Assembly: GCA_010909165.1 (NCBI GenBank)
Contig: VJWM01000234.1
Coordinates: 62,001 to 126,000 of the forward strand
Source of the DNA: Anthoceros angustus
Lineage: Eukaryota; Plantae; Anthocerotophyta
Direction: 5' to 3'
Length of the DNA: 64,000 bases
How positions within the stretch are numbered: the first letter of the stretch is position 1; each line of letters opens with the position of its first letter. This document shows, in pieces, positions 52,221 through 64,000 of the stretch. Below the pieces are notes generated by a model that did not search any database, was not told the origin of the DNA, and saw nothing but the letters and a program-made list of their open reading frames with translations. Both the position numbers and the translations under genes were made by a program.

Positions 52221-55200
52221 TGATAAAATAGCTTACTATTAGGCACTCTTCACTAGGGCACCTAGGACTTAATAATTAATTTAGTCCTTAGGGCTCTAGG
52301 TAGTTTCTTTAGTAGTTATTTAATTGGTTAGTTGTTACAACCACTTATTGGTTACAACTACCTTGCCTACATAAAGGCATGTACTTTCTATTATGAATGT
52401 AATGCAACACATATTGCTAGAGCTTGTGTATGATTCTCATCATGGTATCGAGCACACTTGCTCTTTGTTTGCTTGTGCATCCTCATGCATCTAAGTAGCT
52501 TATCTAGGAGACACTTTCTAATCTAGCATTTGCCTAGATGGATTGTGTTTATCCTAGAATTGCTATCTTTGCATGCATTCTTTTTATGCTAACATTTCTC
52601 TTCTAACAATGCTTTTATGCACTAATTCTTTGTTCTTCCTCCATGGATTTGTGTTCCCTTAGAAGGAGAAGGCATAGAGTTAAGAAGAGTCCCGCAAGAC
52701 AACAAGAACAAATTAGGAGCCCAACACATAGAAGCAATAGAAGACAACAAGCTATAGAGGAGAGATAGTAGAAACCTCCTCTTGTATAGCAAACTTCATT
52801 GCATCTATTTTAATTTCTAAACCGGATCAAGGGAAGTTTATCAAGCTAGCTAGACGTGATTTGCTAGAAGTTTTAGTCCAATTCACGTCAAGGCATTAGA
52901 ATTAGCTCTCCAACATATCCCAAATTTGAATCTGGTATTAGTACTCCTTTATCTTCTAGTCTGCAAGACAAAATAGCATAGAAACTCTTAGATTTCAAGA
53001 AATTGATAGTCAATTAGCAACTCTTAGAATCCAATCCTTTGATCTTAAGGGAGAATTATCTGAATTAAGGACAAAATTGTCTATTCTCTCTAAGGTTGAT
53101 AATGCGAGATTTGAGAGCATGCTATCATCATCCGAATCGATTATGATGCAAGAGAAGAGTTTCATGCAATAGAGAAGATGAGAGGAGTCGCGAGGCCTAG
53201 TCCTCTAAATCACCTACAATGGCTGGAGTGATCAATAATGAAGAACAAACTGCTCCTAATTCCCCATTGGGTAATGATAATGCTAACACTTCATTGCATT
53301 ATCATTATGGTGAGCTTCAAAGAGAAAGATAGATTCAATGGAAGGGATTATGACATCCGGTCATTGAGAATGCGAGGAGCTTTGCGGCAAAGAGACCTTT
53401 GGGGCATCGTCGATGGATCAATTCCAAGGCCACGCCCGATTTGAACGTGAACTTCAACCTTCCAGGGCCGGCGAGAAGGCACAAGATTTATTGGTCGGTG
53501 GACTTTCTCAACATATGGTGAGACATGTCGCTGCAAAGACCTCCAAGGATATGTGGACTCACCTTGCTCAATTATATTCATCTCGAGATGTAATGAGTAT
53601 TGTTGCACTTCACGTAACTTCCGCAACCTCTCAATGAAGGAGTCCGACACCATCGAACATCATGTTAATGCATTTCGATTGGCACGATCCCATTTGGAAT
53701 CTTCAATGGCGTACCTATCTCGAGATGGAGGCTTACGTCATTCTCTTATCTTCATTGCCACCTTCTTATAGGGCTTTCATTACAACTCAAAATGCGTGAT
53801 TCGCAATGTCGAAAAGCTGCAGATGAAGATCCAAATGAAGAGCCGACATCGTGTTTCCGAACTTATTGGAGCATTGCAGGAGGAGGCAAGGACGCCATCA
53901 TCACTCCAGGCCAACAAGCGCAGTGATGTATTCACAAAGGGGGAAGAGAAGAGGACGAGGCGGGCCGAGGTTCTACTTTCCAACGACCCCATATCCCGCA
54001 CATACTTTCCATGATGGAGAGGCATCTTCTTCAACACCGCAAGAGGTAACAAGAAGATCGGGATTATATGTAATTGGTGCGAATCCCAAATCACATGGAA
54101 AAGGATTGTCGAAGAAGAAGAATGGGGAACCTCGCAAGGAGGCCCCACCGAGCTAACATTGAAAAGAAACAATCTTCCTCAACTCCAGAAGGTTTCACGT
54201 GTGCTTGGCTTCTTCCAAGCCCTCCAATACCTCATGGTACTTAGAGGAGCTACTTCACATATTTGTTACAATGAAACTCTTTTGAGTCTTACTCACTGAC
54301 CCACGGGACATCGATCTGTCCTCCGGAGATGATCACAACCTACCCATTGCGGTTCGTTGTATTCAAGTGTGATTCAGTCGGTTCTTCATCTTCATCACGT
54401 CCTCCATGTTCCTTCAATGTGCAAGAATCTAGTATCGCAAGTCTTTGTCAAGAACACACTCTGCGGTGATCCTTTATGATAGTTGTCTTCTCTCTTTCAT
54501 AAGTGATAGAAACTATACAATCGCGGGCACTTTAGATGATGGTCTCTATAGATTGTCGACAAGTGGGAGCCACCCATTACGCTAATGTTGCCATTCCAAA
54601 CCCAATGACACCTACCCAAACCATGCTTTGGCATTGTCGCCTTGGTCATCCTAATAGTCAAAAATTAATCCAAATGTCTAAGGGAGCTTTATATAGAACC
54701 CTTGCCTTGCAAAGGTTGAACACCTACCTTGGTGCGAATCTTGTGTCCTCACTAAACGACATCAAGAGCCTTTCAAAATAAATCTCCACAAAGGGCCAAG
54801 TCACCTTTAGAGATAGTGCACAGACATTTGTGGACCCTTGTCTACACCCTCCTTTAGTGGTAGTAGATATTTTTGACCTTCAGATGATTTCTCTCGTTTG
54901 TCTTTTCCTACATCCCGAAAACAAGAGTGATGCCTTTCACTTCTTCAAGGACTACATGAAATGTGAGAGACTTACGATCACAAACTCAAGACCTTACTCC
55001 GACAATGGTGGAGAGTTTACATCTCGAATTTGAGGATTTTGTCGAGTGAAGGTATAGCTCAACAACTTACGATTGTCTACACTCCTCAACAAAATGGCGA
55101 GGAACAAGAATCTACGCCTCAAGAGATCACAGGTTGCTTATTGGTACAAGCTAAGTTATCTAAGGCTTATTGGCGAGGCCCTCCTACAAGAACCTATCTC

Positions 55201-58200
55201 ATGAATCGATTGCCTACATCAGTTCAAGGTATGACTCCATATGAAGCATTCATTGGCAAGAAGCCTTCTATTGACCACCAATTTTTGGATCCCGCATATG
55301 TTTTTATTCCCAAAGCATTGCGTAAGAAGTTGGATCCCAAAGCTAAGTACACTTTCATTGGCTACACCAAGGTATCAAAGGGTACAAATTGTTCAACCCT
55401 TCTACAAGGCAACTTTTATACGCCGAGTGTTACTTTTCATGAGTCTTACCTCTTTTCCCCACAGGAGCGATAGGCTTGGTCCTCCTCTTGATGAGACCAT
55501 TGACCCTTCTTATTTTGATGATCTGATTATTTCACTCCATTTCCCATTCCGCTTCTCGTGTTCCTTTAGTTGAACCTATTATGGAGGAGGAGGAGTTAGC
55601 ATCTATTCCACAACCGGTACAACTCAACGACGAACCTGATGTTGACATCCCAGCAGAGGCGCGCTTGACACTCATGATGATGAGTTTGATGACCCTCCGG
55701 AGGATGACATTGTGGAGCCAGCAGATCCTCGCCGTTGATCCCGCTGTGGATGATGCAAGCACAAAGGTACAACCTTAGATCCCGACCTACTATCTCGTCC
55801 TGCAGTTGGAAGGAACCTCCTTTAGGATACCTAGCTTTTTTTGATGATCCTATACCCCTATATCACTTTATTCTCAAGCTATATGCAAGGCAACTATAGA
55901 CCCGGAAGAACCTCTTACCTTAAAACAAGCTTTCTCTTCGAAAAAGACTTATGGAAGGTAGTCAGATTCCGAATATAATTCCCTAGTTAATAACTCTACA
56001 TGGAATTGGTCAAACCACCTAGGGGTAGGAAGATAGTAACCAGCAAATGGGTATTCAAAATTAAAAGAAAAGGAGATGGTTCTATAGAAAGGTATAAGGC
56101 ACGCCTAGTAGCGAGGTTTACACAAATTCGGTCTAGATTACATACCTTGGGCCACTTATGCCCCAAGAGCCAAATTTGCCACACTTGAATGATATTTGCC
56201 TTATGTGCCCAACATGATCTTGAACTCCACATGATGGATGTTAAGACAACATATTTGTATGGGCGCTGCAAGAGGAAATATACATGAGACAACCCGAGGT
56301 TACGGGTCAAAGGCAAAGAAGATTGGGTATGCCGACTCATCAAAGGTTTGTATGGCCTTAAGCGCAAGAATTGGAATTTAACCATACATGTACAACTTAT
56401 TGGGAGAGGATTTAAGCAAAGCCGGTGATGCTTGTATGTACATCCTAATATCCGCAATGATATATTTTATCTTCTACTTTATGTTGATGATGTTTTTATG
56501 GCAACAAACTCCCTCACTCTCCTAAACTAAAGCATGGCTTAGGACTCTATTTGAGATGTCCGATCTAGGAGAAATGACATATGCACTTGGTGTTAATATT
56601 ATACGAAATAGAGGTAATAAGACTCTAAGTATAGTTCAAACCAAGTATATTAAGGAGAGTTTAGCTAAATTTGGACTTGAGGATGCAAAGCGCACCCACA
56701 CCTTTTGCAAGTGGTGTTAGGCTTACCTCGGATATGAGTCCCAAAACATTGAAGAAAAGCTAGAAATGTCAGTTCCATACCGACATCTTGGCACTCTAAT
56801 ATATTTATGCAATTTTACGAGACCGGATATATCTTTTGAAGTCGCCTCGCTCACAATTCTTGGAGAACCACGTGAGCACCGGATGTTAAGCGTATATTTA
56901 TACCTTAAAGGCACTATGTACAGGATCGATGTTCAAGCATACACCAGCTATCAACACATTAACTCTAACGCATATGCCGATGCCGACTATTGGTGACCAC
57001 ACAAAATCAGTCGGGGTATGTATTACTCTTGGGAGGAGCACCAATATCTGGTCAAGTAAGAAACAACCTACTATAGCTTTGTCAATCAACTGAGTGGTAC
57101 TAACCTCGGTTCTAAAGACATAGTGTGGTCGTTAGTTTTGAGTGAACTTCACCATCCTCAACTTAAGCCTACATCTTTGTTTAGTGATAGCCGTGGTGCC
57201 ATTGCACTTGCACGAAAATTTTCATTCTAGAACTAAACATATAGCTGTTGAGTATCACTACATAAGGGAAAAGTTAGAAGATCAAACCATAAATATTAGT
57301 TATGTTCAAACTTTAGACAATGCACGATTTATTAACAAAGTCATTGGGAATTGAGTTACATAGGAAACACATGAAATGTTTGGGTATAATGGACACACCA
57401 AACCTTTAACCTAATACTCACCTACTAGCCTTAGGGCCGATTTAAGATAACCTTAAAATCTTAGCCCAAAAATTATTGTCTTACTATTTTTCTGAACATT
57501 TTTCTTCTTCTATCTCAAAATAGCTTAGGTCATCCCTTCCTCTTCATAGACGGCCAACATAGAACCTGGAATATTTTATATTAAAAATAAAAATAATATT
57601 TAAGCAGTATTTATGTGATTAAAACAATAAATTCCCTTAGCACCAAAGGCACCTACGGAAAATATGTTTGATATGTCCTGGAAATTCCTCACATGGGAGA
57701 CTTGCTATTTTATCATGTGGATGGTAGTTTCCTCACATATAGGAGGACATCTCCTTTTCACTTAAACCTAAGGTGAGTATGTATACTTTATTTTTCTGGT
57801 CACCTTTTGGTAGAATTCGCTTATAATAGCCCATGTTTTTGTCTTTAATACACTTAGGGAAACAAAATGTGTTTACAGCATCAATCTAGAAAATTTATGC
57901 TAGGTTATTATGATCCTAAAACTCATATAGAAATTAGGATGCTTAAAATCTGGATAACCCTTATTTAATATATTGCACCTTTCTTTTCCCTTCCTTGTCA
58001 TATCCTCCCCATGCCGTCTCCACCCATCTCGCTCAAACGTCACCACACAAGTGACCTCTTATCCAAAGTATAGCATCCTTGTAATCCACTTGTGTCATAG
58101 CTTCTTCTTAGAAGCATAAGATGGGAAGCAATCTTTCCTACAAACACTTTTGGAGGTGGGCTTTTGGGGAGCATCATTCATTGAGGGGGAGGAGGCCCTC

Positions 58201-59233
58201 ATCACCTAGGCTGCTTCCTCCCCTTTGGTGAGCACATCCACAATTGCTTCACAAATGAAGACATAGGAAGACATGGCAAAATGAAGACAATCTTACACTT
58301 GGACTTCCCTCTCGCTGGAGCGTCCCTGAGGATCCTTAGGCATCTCGGTTCTTCATCCTCCGAGGATGAGGTCGGATCAATGACGCGGAGATTTCTTTAC
58401 GAAAGGCTGCAGGAAACGAGGTCCGTGGAGGCAGACTCTTCATCACCAGCGATCATCCATGGGCATCCAGGCCCTCCTGTCCTTTTGTTTGGGCGCCAGC
58501 GCCGTGGCGCCCCTGCAAGGACGCCGACGGATTGGCGAAGGCGCGCCGGCGGCGCGGCCGCGGAGAGGGCCGCGGGCTCGGACAGGCGCGATGGCGCCCC
58601 ACGGGCGCCTCCCGTGGGGATCGCGCCGCGGGTAGCCACCCTCCGCCATCGCCATCACCGCACATGTACCAACCACCAAGTTGTCGATCGCGTTTGTGAA
58701 GTTTGAGGAAGAAGGGTATTATCCATTATCCTTTTGATTTTCCTTTTCGGAAATTAGGTATTTTTCTGGATTTTCCTCTATATATAAATCCTTAAATACT
58801 TTTAATTAGTTTTAATTCCACCTATTTTGAAGTTATTAGTTTCTCATCTCGGTTCTCCTTAAGTGGGAGTTATTTTAATAGTGATTATTACTTTCAGTTT
58901 TTACCTTTATGCCTTTAAGTAAAGTTTAGTTAGGGACTAGTTTTTACTAGACTAGTTTTCCTAGACCTCTTTTTGGTCGAAAATCACCTAGTTCATAGTG
59001 AGTGGGAGTGATAAAAATAGCTTACTATTAGGGCACTCTTAACTAGGGCACCTAGGACTTAATAATTAATTTAGTCCTTAGGGCTCTAGGTAGTTTCTTT
59101 TAGTAGTTATTTAATTGGTTAATTGTTACAACCACTTATTGGTTACAACTACCTTGCCTACATAAAGGCATGTACTTTCTATTCTGAATGTAATGCAACA
59201 CATATTGCTTGAGCTTGTGTATGATTCTCATCA
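52221..59233 (+). mobile_element. Full-length Ty1/copia element copia-B2 (7013 bp) with 1.6-kb 3' extra region
   Basis: LTRs 52221-52442 and 59009-59233; TSD TAACG on both sides; PBS tggtatc(a)gagc 52443; PPT agtgagtgggag 58997-59008; gag-PR-INT-RT-RH motifs ending FHSRTKHIAVEYHYIRE (~57220-57410). Confidence 0.97.
57484..58660 (-). CDS. Spliced antisense accessory gene of copia-B lineage, copy 2 (frameshifted as sequenced)
   Basis: Introns 57656-57566 and 57978-57916, probably also 58296-58247. Peptides GCPW, VIDPTSSSEDEE, SEF-LPKGD, CEETTIHMIK and FPGHIKHIF-R-SMLAVYEEEG..YFEIEEEK. TATA-like element on minus at ~58780. Confidence 0.65.
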
Positions 59234-60489
59234 TAACGGACTGGGAGATGCCCGCGCCCACAACGGACTTCCTAGGTGCCTCCCCAGCGGCGGCCATAGA
59301 GGAGCGGAGGAGCGGAGGAGCAGCGCCAGGAGCTGGAGGATCGCAAGGATACCCGGAAGCTACAGCTGCAAGACACGGTGGAGCGACATGGAATGGGAGA
59401 ATCATGGACCATGAGCAGGAGATTGAGCGTCTCCAGCTCTGTTGGAGGGGGGAGGAGAGTCGATGGCGAACTAAGGAGATGGACATCGCCGAGTTGGAGA
59501 AGGAGCTGGAGGAAGTCAGGAGCCGGGCAGAGGTGCCAGACCGCCTGGGGAGGGAGATGGTGGCCCTTCGGGCAAGGATGGATGGAGGGGAGAGGGCTCT
59601 GAGAGAGGAGCAAAAGCTGTTGGTCCGACTGCGGAAGGCAGAGGGGGAACGTAGCTCCATGGCCGGCAAGTTGGTCGAGCTACAACGACGGCGAGAGGAG
59701 GAGCATGCAGAGCAGCAGCAGAGGTTGCAGGAGGTGTTGGAGGCAGCCTTGGCGGCCTCAAGAGAGTCCGCCCGACTTCAGCTGGGGTGCCCAGCGACGA
59801 GACGGCTCAAGCCGGGCCAAGCACGCCTAACCATGTGAGCACCCTCCGGAGGAGGGAAACGGATGCTGGCGCATGTGGAGGAGGAAATCCAACAAGTCGA
59901 TTCAGACTTTGCCTACTACCACGCGGAGCTCCTCAAGGCTCTGGAGGTCCTGAGTCACCCCCGTCAAATTGATGGACATCCGGACGGGTCAGAAGGAGGA
60001 GGGAGAGATGAAGGCCCCGGAGATAGTGCGGCCACTGGGACCTTGGGAGCGCTGTTTGGCGACGACAGCAGCAGCGGGGAAGGGGATCACCTGGAGGAGC
60101 AGGACATGGCGGACCCCACTGGGCCTGAGGTAAGTACTCCGCACCCCACTGCGGAAGGAAGGGAGGAGGTCCCGAGGGGGCCATAGAGGGAGAGGTCCAT
60201 GAGGACTTGGGACAGCGTGGGGGGTCTGGGCATGGGGAGGACGAATTTGAAGTCCACGGGAAGGAGAAGACCAAGGACCCGCGAGCCCGGACCCCGAGGA
60301 CCAGACTCCGGAAATGAGACCGGACCCTAAGGTCCGACTCAATAACAGCATACCCTCGAGGTCCAGACTAGAGGCCGAGACCGACTGAGGTCCGACTCCA
60401 TAGCAAGGCCGGACCTCGAGGTCCGGGACCCTGCAGTCGAGATCGGACCCCAGGGGTCCCAGTGGGACCACTTGACTTCCCCGGGGTAG

Positions 60490-62500
60490 AAATGAGTTAG
60501 GTTTTGTTTTTTTCTGGAGGAATGAAAGTAGAAAATAAGGCGAAAGGAAGAAATAAGCTGAGTACTCAGACTGCATCTCTGACCGACCGGAGCAAGTTGA
60601 AGGACCCGAGTAGGTCAAGGACTCGAGTAGGTTAGGACTCCGAGCACCTCCCGAGGAACCCCGACCACACACCGTATCAGGGATAAGTCCGGACCACACC
60701 GAGCAGACGGGATAAGTACACCAGTAAAGTAACCTAGTTGGGGCGTGATTTGCAGATGGCCACATGACTGTGACCGAGTGGTAGACGGGCATGCAGCAGA
60801 CTAGGACCGTAGGGTTGCTGGTCATAGGCGGTATTCACGCCCGGCACAAGGCGGGCGTAAGGCAGTATAATGGCAACAGAAGGCCAAAGTGAGCTGGGCG
60901 TATATGAGGCCATGTGCCTCGACAACACGCGGGACAACAAGAGCTGCCCTTCCATCACTACTCTCGACGGAGAGAAGCGAGGCGGAGGTCATTCTTTCAA
61001 ACAACCTCGTGGCGATTTTCACACTCTCTCGCGCTCAGACACCCGGCTCTTTGGCGTTGTCTTTCCGAACGCTCAGGCACCCTCCCGTGCGGTTCGACTT
61101 GGCAAGAGAAGCAACTGACGCAGCGGCAGAGGAGCGAGAGATTGTGGGAGCCTCAAGTCTCAACAATAATGTAAGAGGCGGGGATGGGACCCAAGAAAGC
61201 GCGGAGGTGTGGGAGCCATGGCGCTGGACCGCAACATTGTACCAAGCGCCACCCGCATTTTGGCCCGTGGTCGAGGAGGCGGAGCTGGTGGAGGAATGGC
61301 ACCGGACATTTTCCAGCCGCTCGACCTCGAAGCACACCTTAGTCCGGGAGTATGCCCGGAAGATGTTGGCAACGGCCAACAAGGAGGTCCGATCCAAGAA
61401 CCTGCGGGAGGACCCCAAGAGGTGGACCGTGGAGGTCCTGAGGGCGGTCTATAACCGCCCAGCGGAGGAAGTGGGAGGAGAAAACGAGCCCCAAGGTGAA
61501 GGGAAGGTGGAAGCGGCTGTGGCGCCTTTGCGACCAAGAACGAGCGATCCTCCTGGGCGTGGTCATGCCTGACCTCCCGGGGAGGGTACGATCACATGTA
61601 AGATTATCGTCACTAGAATATGCTCACCAAGGTGGACCACCTTTGGGGATAATCATAGTGTTCCTCCACGCCCCATGCTGCAGGGGGAAACGCGCCGACT
61701 GTAGGATAGGGACCCCGCCGGATCAACCAGAGGCCTCGAATGTTGGTAGCCGGCCACCCCTCAGCTGCTATCGCTGCCTCATTCATCCGTGGCACATGAA
61801 CCTCCAAGGAGGGGAAGAGGAGCGGGCACTAGCGGGTCGGCCACGCCTACCAGAGGCGGAGAGAGAAGGAGGAGCAGAATCGAGGCCCACCGTCCGCAGA
61901 GTGCGGTCCCGGAGGAGGACGATCGAGGATTCTGACTCCATATGCCCTGAACGGACCCCTCCCCACCCAGGAAGTGTGGGAGACATTCCCTCGCCTTCTC
62001 CGTGCTCACTGAGCAACGCAGGAAGAGGCGACCACTGTGGACGAGAGCAGTCGCAACTCCCAGAGGCTGGCAGCCCAACAACCACGCTGGCCGAGCTTCT
62101 GACTCAAGGAACCAAGAGGCGGAAGCGCCCAGACTTGCTGGGCCGTGTTCTTGCCTCCGCTGACCTGAAAGTGGAGGCGGAGGAAGCAAGAAGGCGGAAA
62201 GGACACCGCCCAAGTGAGGGAGGGCATCAACAGCCCCCACCCGAGCCTGGCCCTGCCTCCGACCGGAGGGGCAGGGCCAGCCCCGACCCTTCACTCTCCC
62301 GAGCCCTGTGCGGAGGAGGGCGGAGAAGGAGTCATACCAAGAGGGCCAAAGAAGTAGAGGCTCCGGATCACACTTCAGACCCGAGGTCCCCGATTGATCC
62401 CGGAGTAGTCCGACTCCCTCCCGACCGCAGACGGTCCTTGATTGGACGATCGGGAGATGCCCACCTGACTTCGGTATCTCCGGGCGGCCAGGAAGAAACA
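60490..62500 (+). pseudogene. Second tandem ORF-B unit, 3'-truncated
   Basis: Leader aatgagttaggttttgttttt..gaaaataaggcgaaagg repeats the one at ~50485; LVREYARKMLATANKEVRSKNLREDPKRWTVEVLRAVY. Confidence 0.72.
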
Positions 62501-62507
62501 CTGGGAG

Positions 62508-64000
62508 TTACATACTCGCCTCGTGGTAGATATAGCGAATGCACGATCGCAAACGAGATCGCCATGAGATCGCCTCCAAAGCACGTGAAGACATAACTCG
62601 ATGTGGACCTCCTTTGTCCATATCCTCATAATCAGATCTGTACCCAACCACACATGCATCTTCACTACCAAAACATATGCACAAAAGCTTTTGTACCATT
62701 CGGATACCTCATAACTCCTTTTCACGCCTCCCAATGCTTCTTGCGAGGTTTGACATAAACACCGCTAACCACTCCACTGCAAAGGCAATGGCGTGTAGCA
62801 ATCATTGCATACATCAAACTCCCTCTGGTGATGAGTATGGGACCTTCTCCATTTCGACTTTGTCCTCCTCGAGCTTGGGCAATCCGGCTTGAAAGTTTCA
62901 CATATGGAGGCAATGGGTACCCAATGGTTTCTTCCATGTTGAAGCGTTGAAGCACTGTGTTAATGTATTAAAATGCGAGACAAATAAAGCGGCGCTTGTA
63001 TGCATTCGGCGAATCGCATGCCAAGTATATGGCTCGCCTCTCCCAAGTCATTTTCAAAGTGAGCATTCAACTTTGACTTCAAGAAATCTCATCGATCTTG
63101 TTAATTAGCATATCATCATAGAGGATCAAAATGAGCAAGCTTTGATCCTTAGCTTGCTCGTATAGAGGCAATGATCCTCTCATCGCTTCGTTTGTAGCCT
63201 TGAGAAAGCATAAATGAGTGGAACTTGTGATACCACTCTCGGGTTCTGTTTCAAACCATAAATCCTCAACCGCACACGGATGCTCTTTGCCCTTCTCAAC
63301 AAAACCTTAGTCTTTGCATGTACGTCCTCTTGAAGGTCACCATGCAAGAATGCCGTCTTGACATCCATCGTACAAGTTCCATATCATTCCCAAAGCAAGA
63401 ACACATAAAGTTGTCATTTTGACTCTTTGGTGAGAAAATCTCATCAAAGTCAATGCACAGTTGTTGCTTGAAACCCTTAGCAACCAATCGTGCCTTGTAC
63501 TTTGGTTTGCCATCATGAGGTATGACCTTCATCTTGTACACCCATTTGCGGTAGTGCCTTCTTATCCAACACCAACTCCCAAGTTTGGTTCTTATCGTGA
63601 TCATTACATTGCATGGCCTTCTCCCACTCTCTTTGTTACTCGTTGACATGGCCTCTTTGTAAGAAGAGGGTTCCCCACAATCTGTCCATAATCCGAGATG
63701 GATCATACACAGGAGGTGGTGTAATCTGCCCGCGACTCTGACCACCTCTATAGGGTGCTTGTTCGACTCTTGGTTCATCTCGTGGAGGAATGTGCTCACA
63801 TTACCACAGTTATCAACCTGATGATCATGTCCATCTTCTTGGAAGATCACCCTTCGCACCTCCACGGTTGGAGTAGGCTTCGCATCTTGTTCTCATTGAA
63901 GAACACGTCGTTAGTCTGAACAACCTTTCTAGCTCTGGATCCCACAAGCGGTATCCCATCACTCACGAATCATAGCCAAGAAAAATACATTTCTTGGACT
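62508..64000 (-). mobile_element. copia-A family fragment (INT end, RT), 3'-truncated, runs off window
   Basis: Colinear with 16767-18285; YKARLVAKGF and MDVKTAFLHG. Confidence 0.92.

Larger units (their letters stand above)
50480..60490 (+). pseudogene. ORF-B unit (50480-52220 + 59239-60490) interrupted by copia-B2
   Basis: ERNIVTKRYLDFGPWL and KMLAAANKE..EDPGRW (51139); coiled coil 59209..59838; HVEEEIQQVDSDFAYYHAELLKA (59863), as at 37050. Confidence 0.7.

Noticed and set aside
61496-62596. 366-aa ORF as an independent gene
   Set aside because: Frameshifted ORF-B low-complexity sequence running into antisense copia-A.

Overview
Eukaryotic, land-plant-type sequence, probably a non-seed plant (inferred from the TE families). 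It holds one intact host gene, a 4-exon UBC8/9/10-class E2 ubiquitin-conjugating enzyme (22426-24296, minus), inside a nest of retroelements. These are two full-length Ty1/copia elements with TSDs (16192-21165, 52221-59233), truncated copia copies, an Athila-like Ty3/gypsy family with a tRNA-Asp PBS and 4-5 kb LTRs (two solo LTRs have perfect TSDs), a PHD-finger gypsy remnant and a split LINE remnant. Three main observations follow. (1) The copia-B family carries an intron-containing antisense gene between pol and the 3' LTR; its splice sites and protein are conserved between two diverged copies. (2) The giant gypsy LTR carries a large protein-coding region in its U3 part, and two paralogous types occur (6 copies or fragments). 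(3) Many differences between near-identical TE copies fall at CAG/CTG sites. This suggests methylation-induced long-read errors rather than decay, so many apparent frameshifts may not be real. All comparisons were made by eye; no searches were run.
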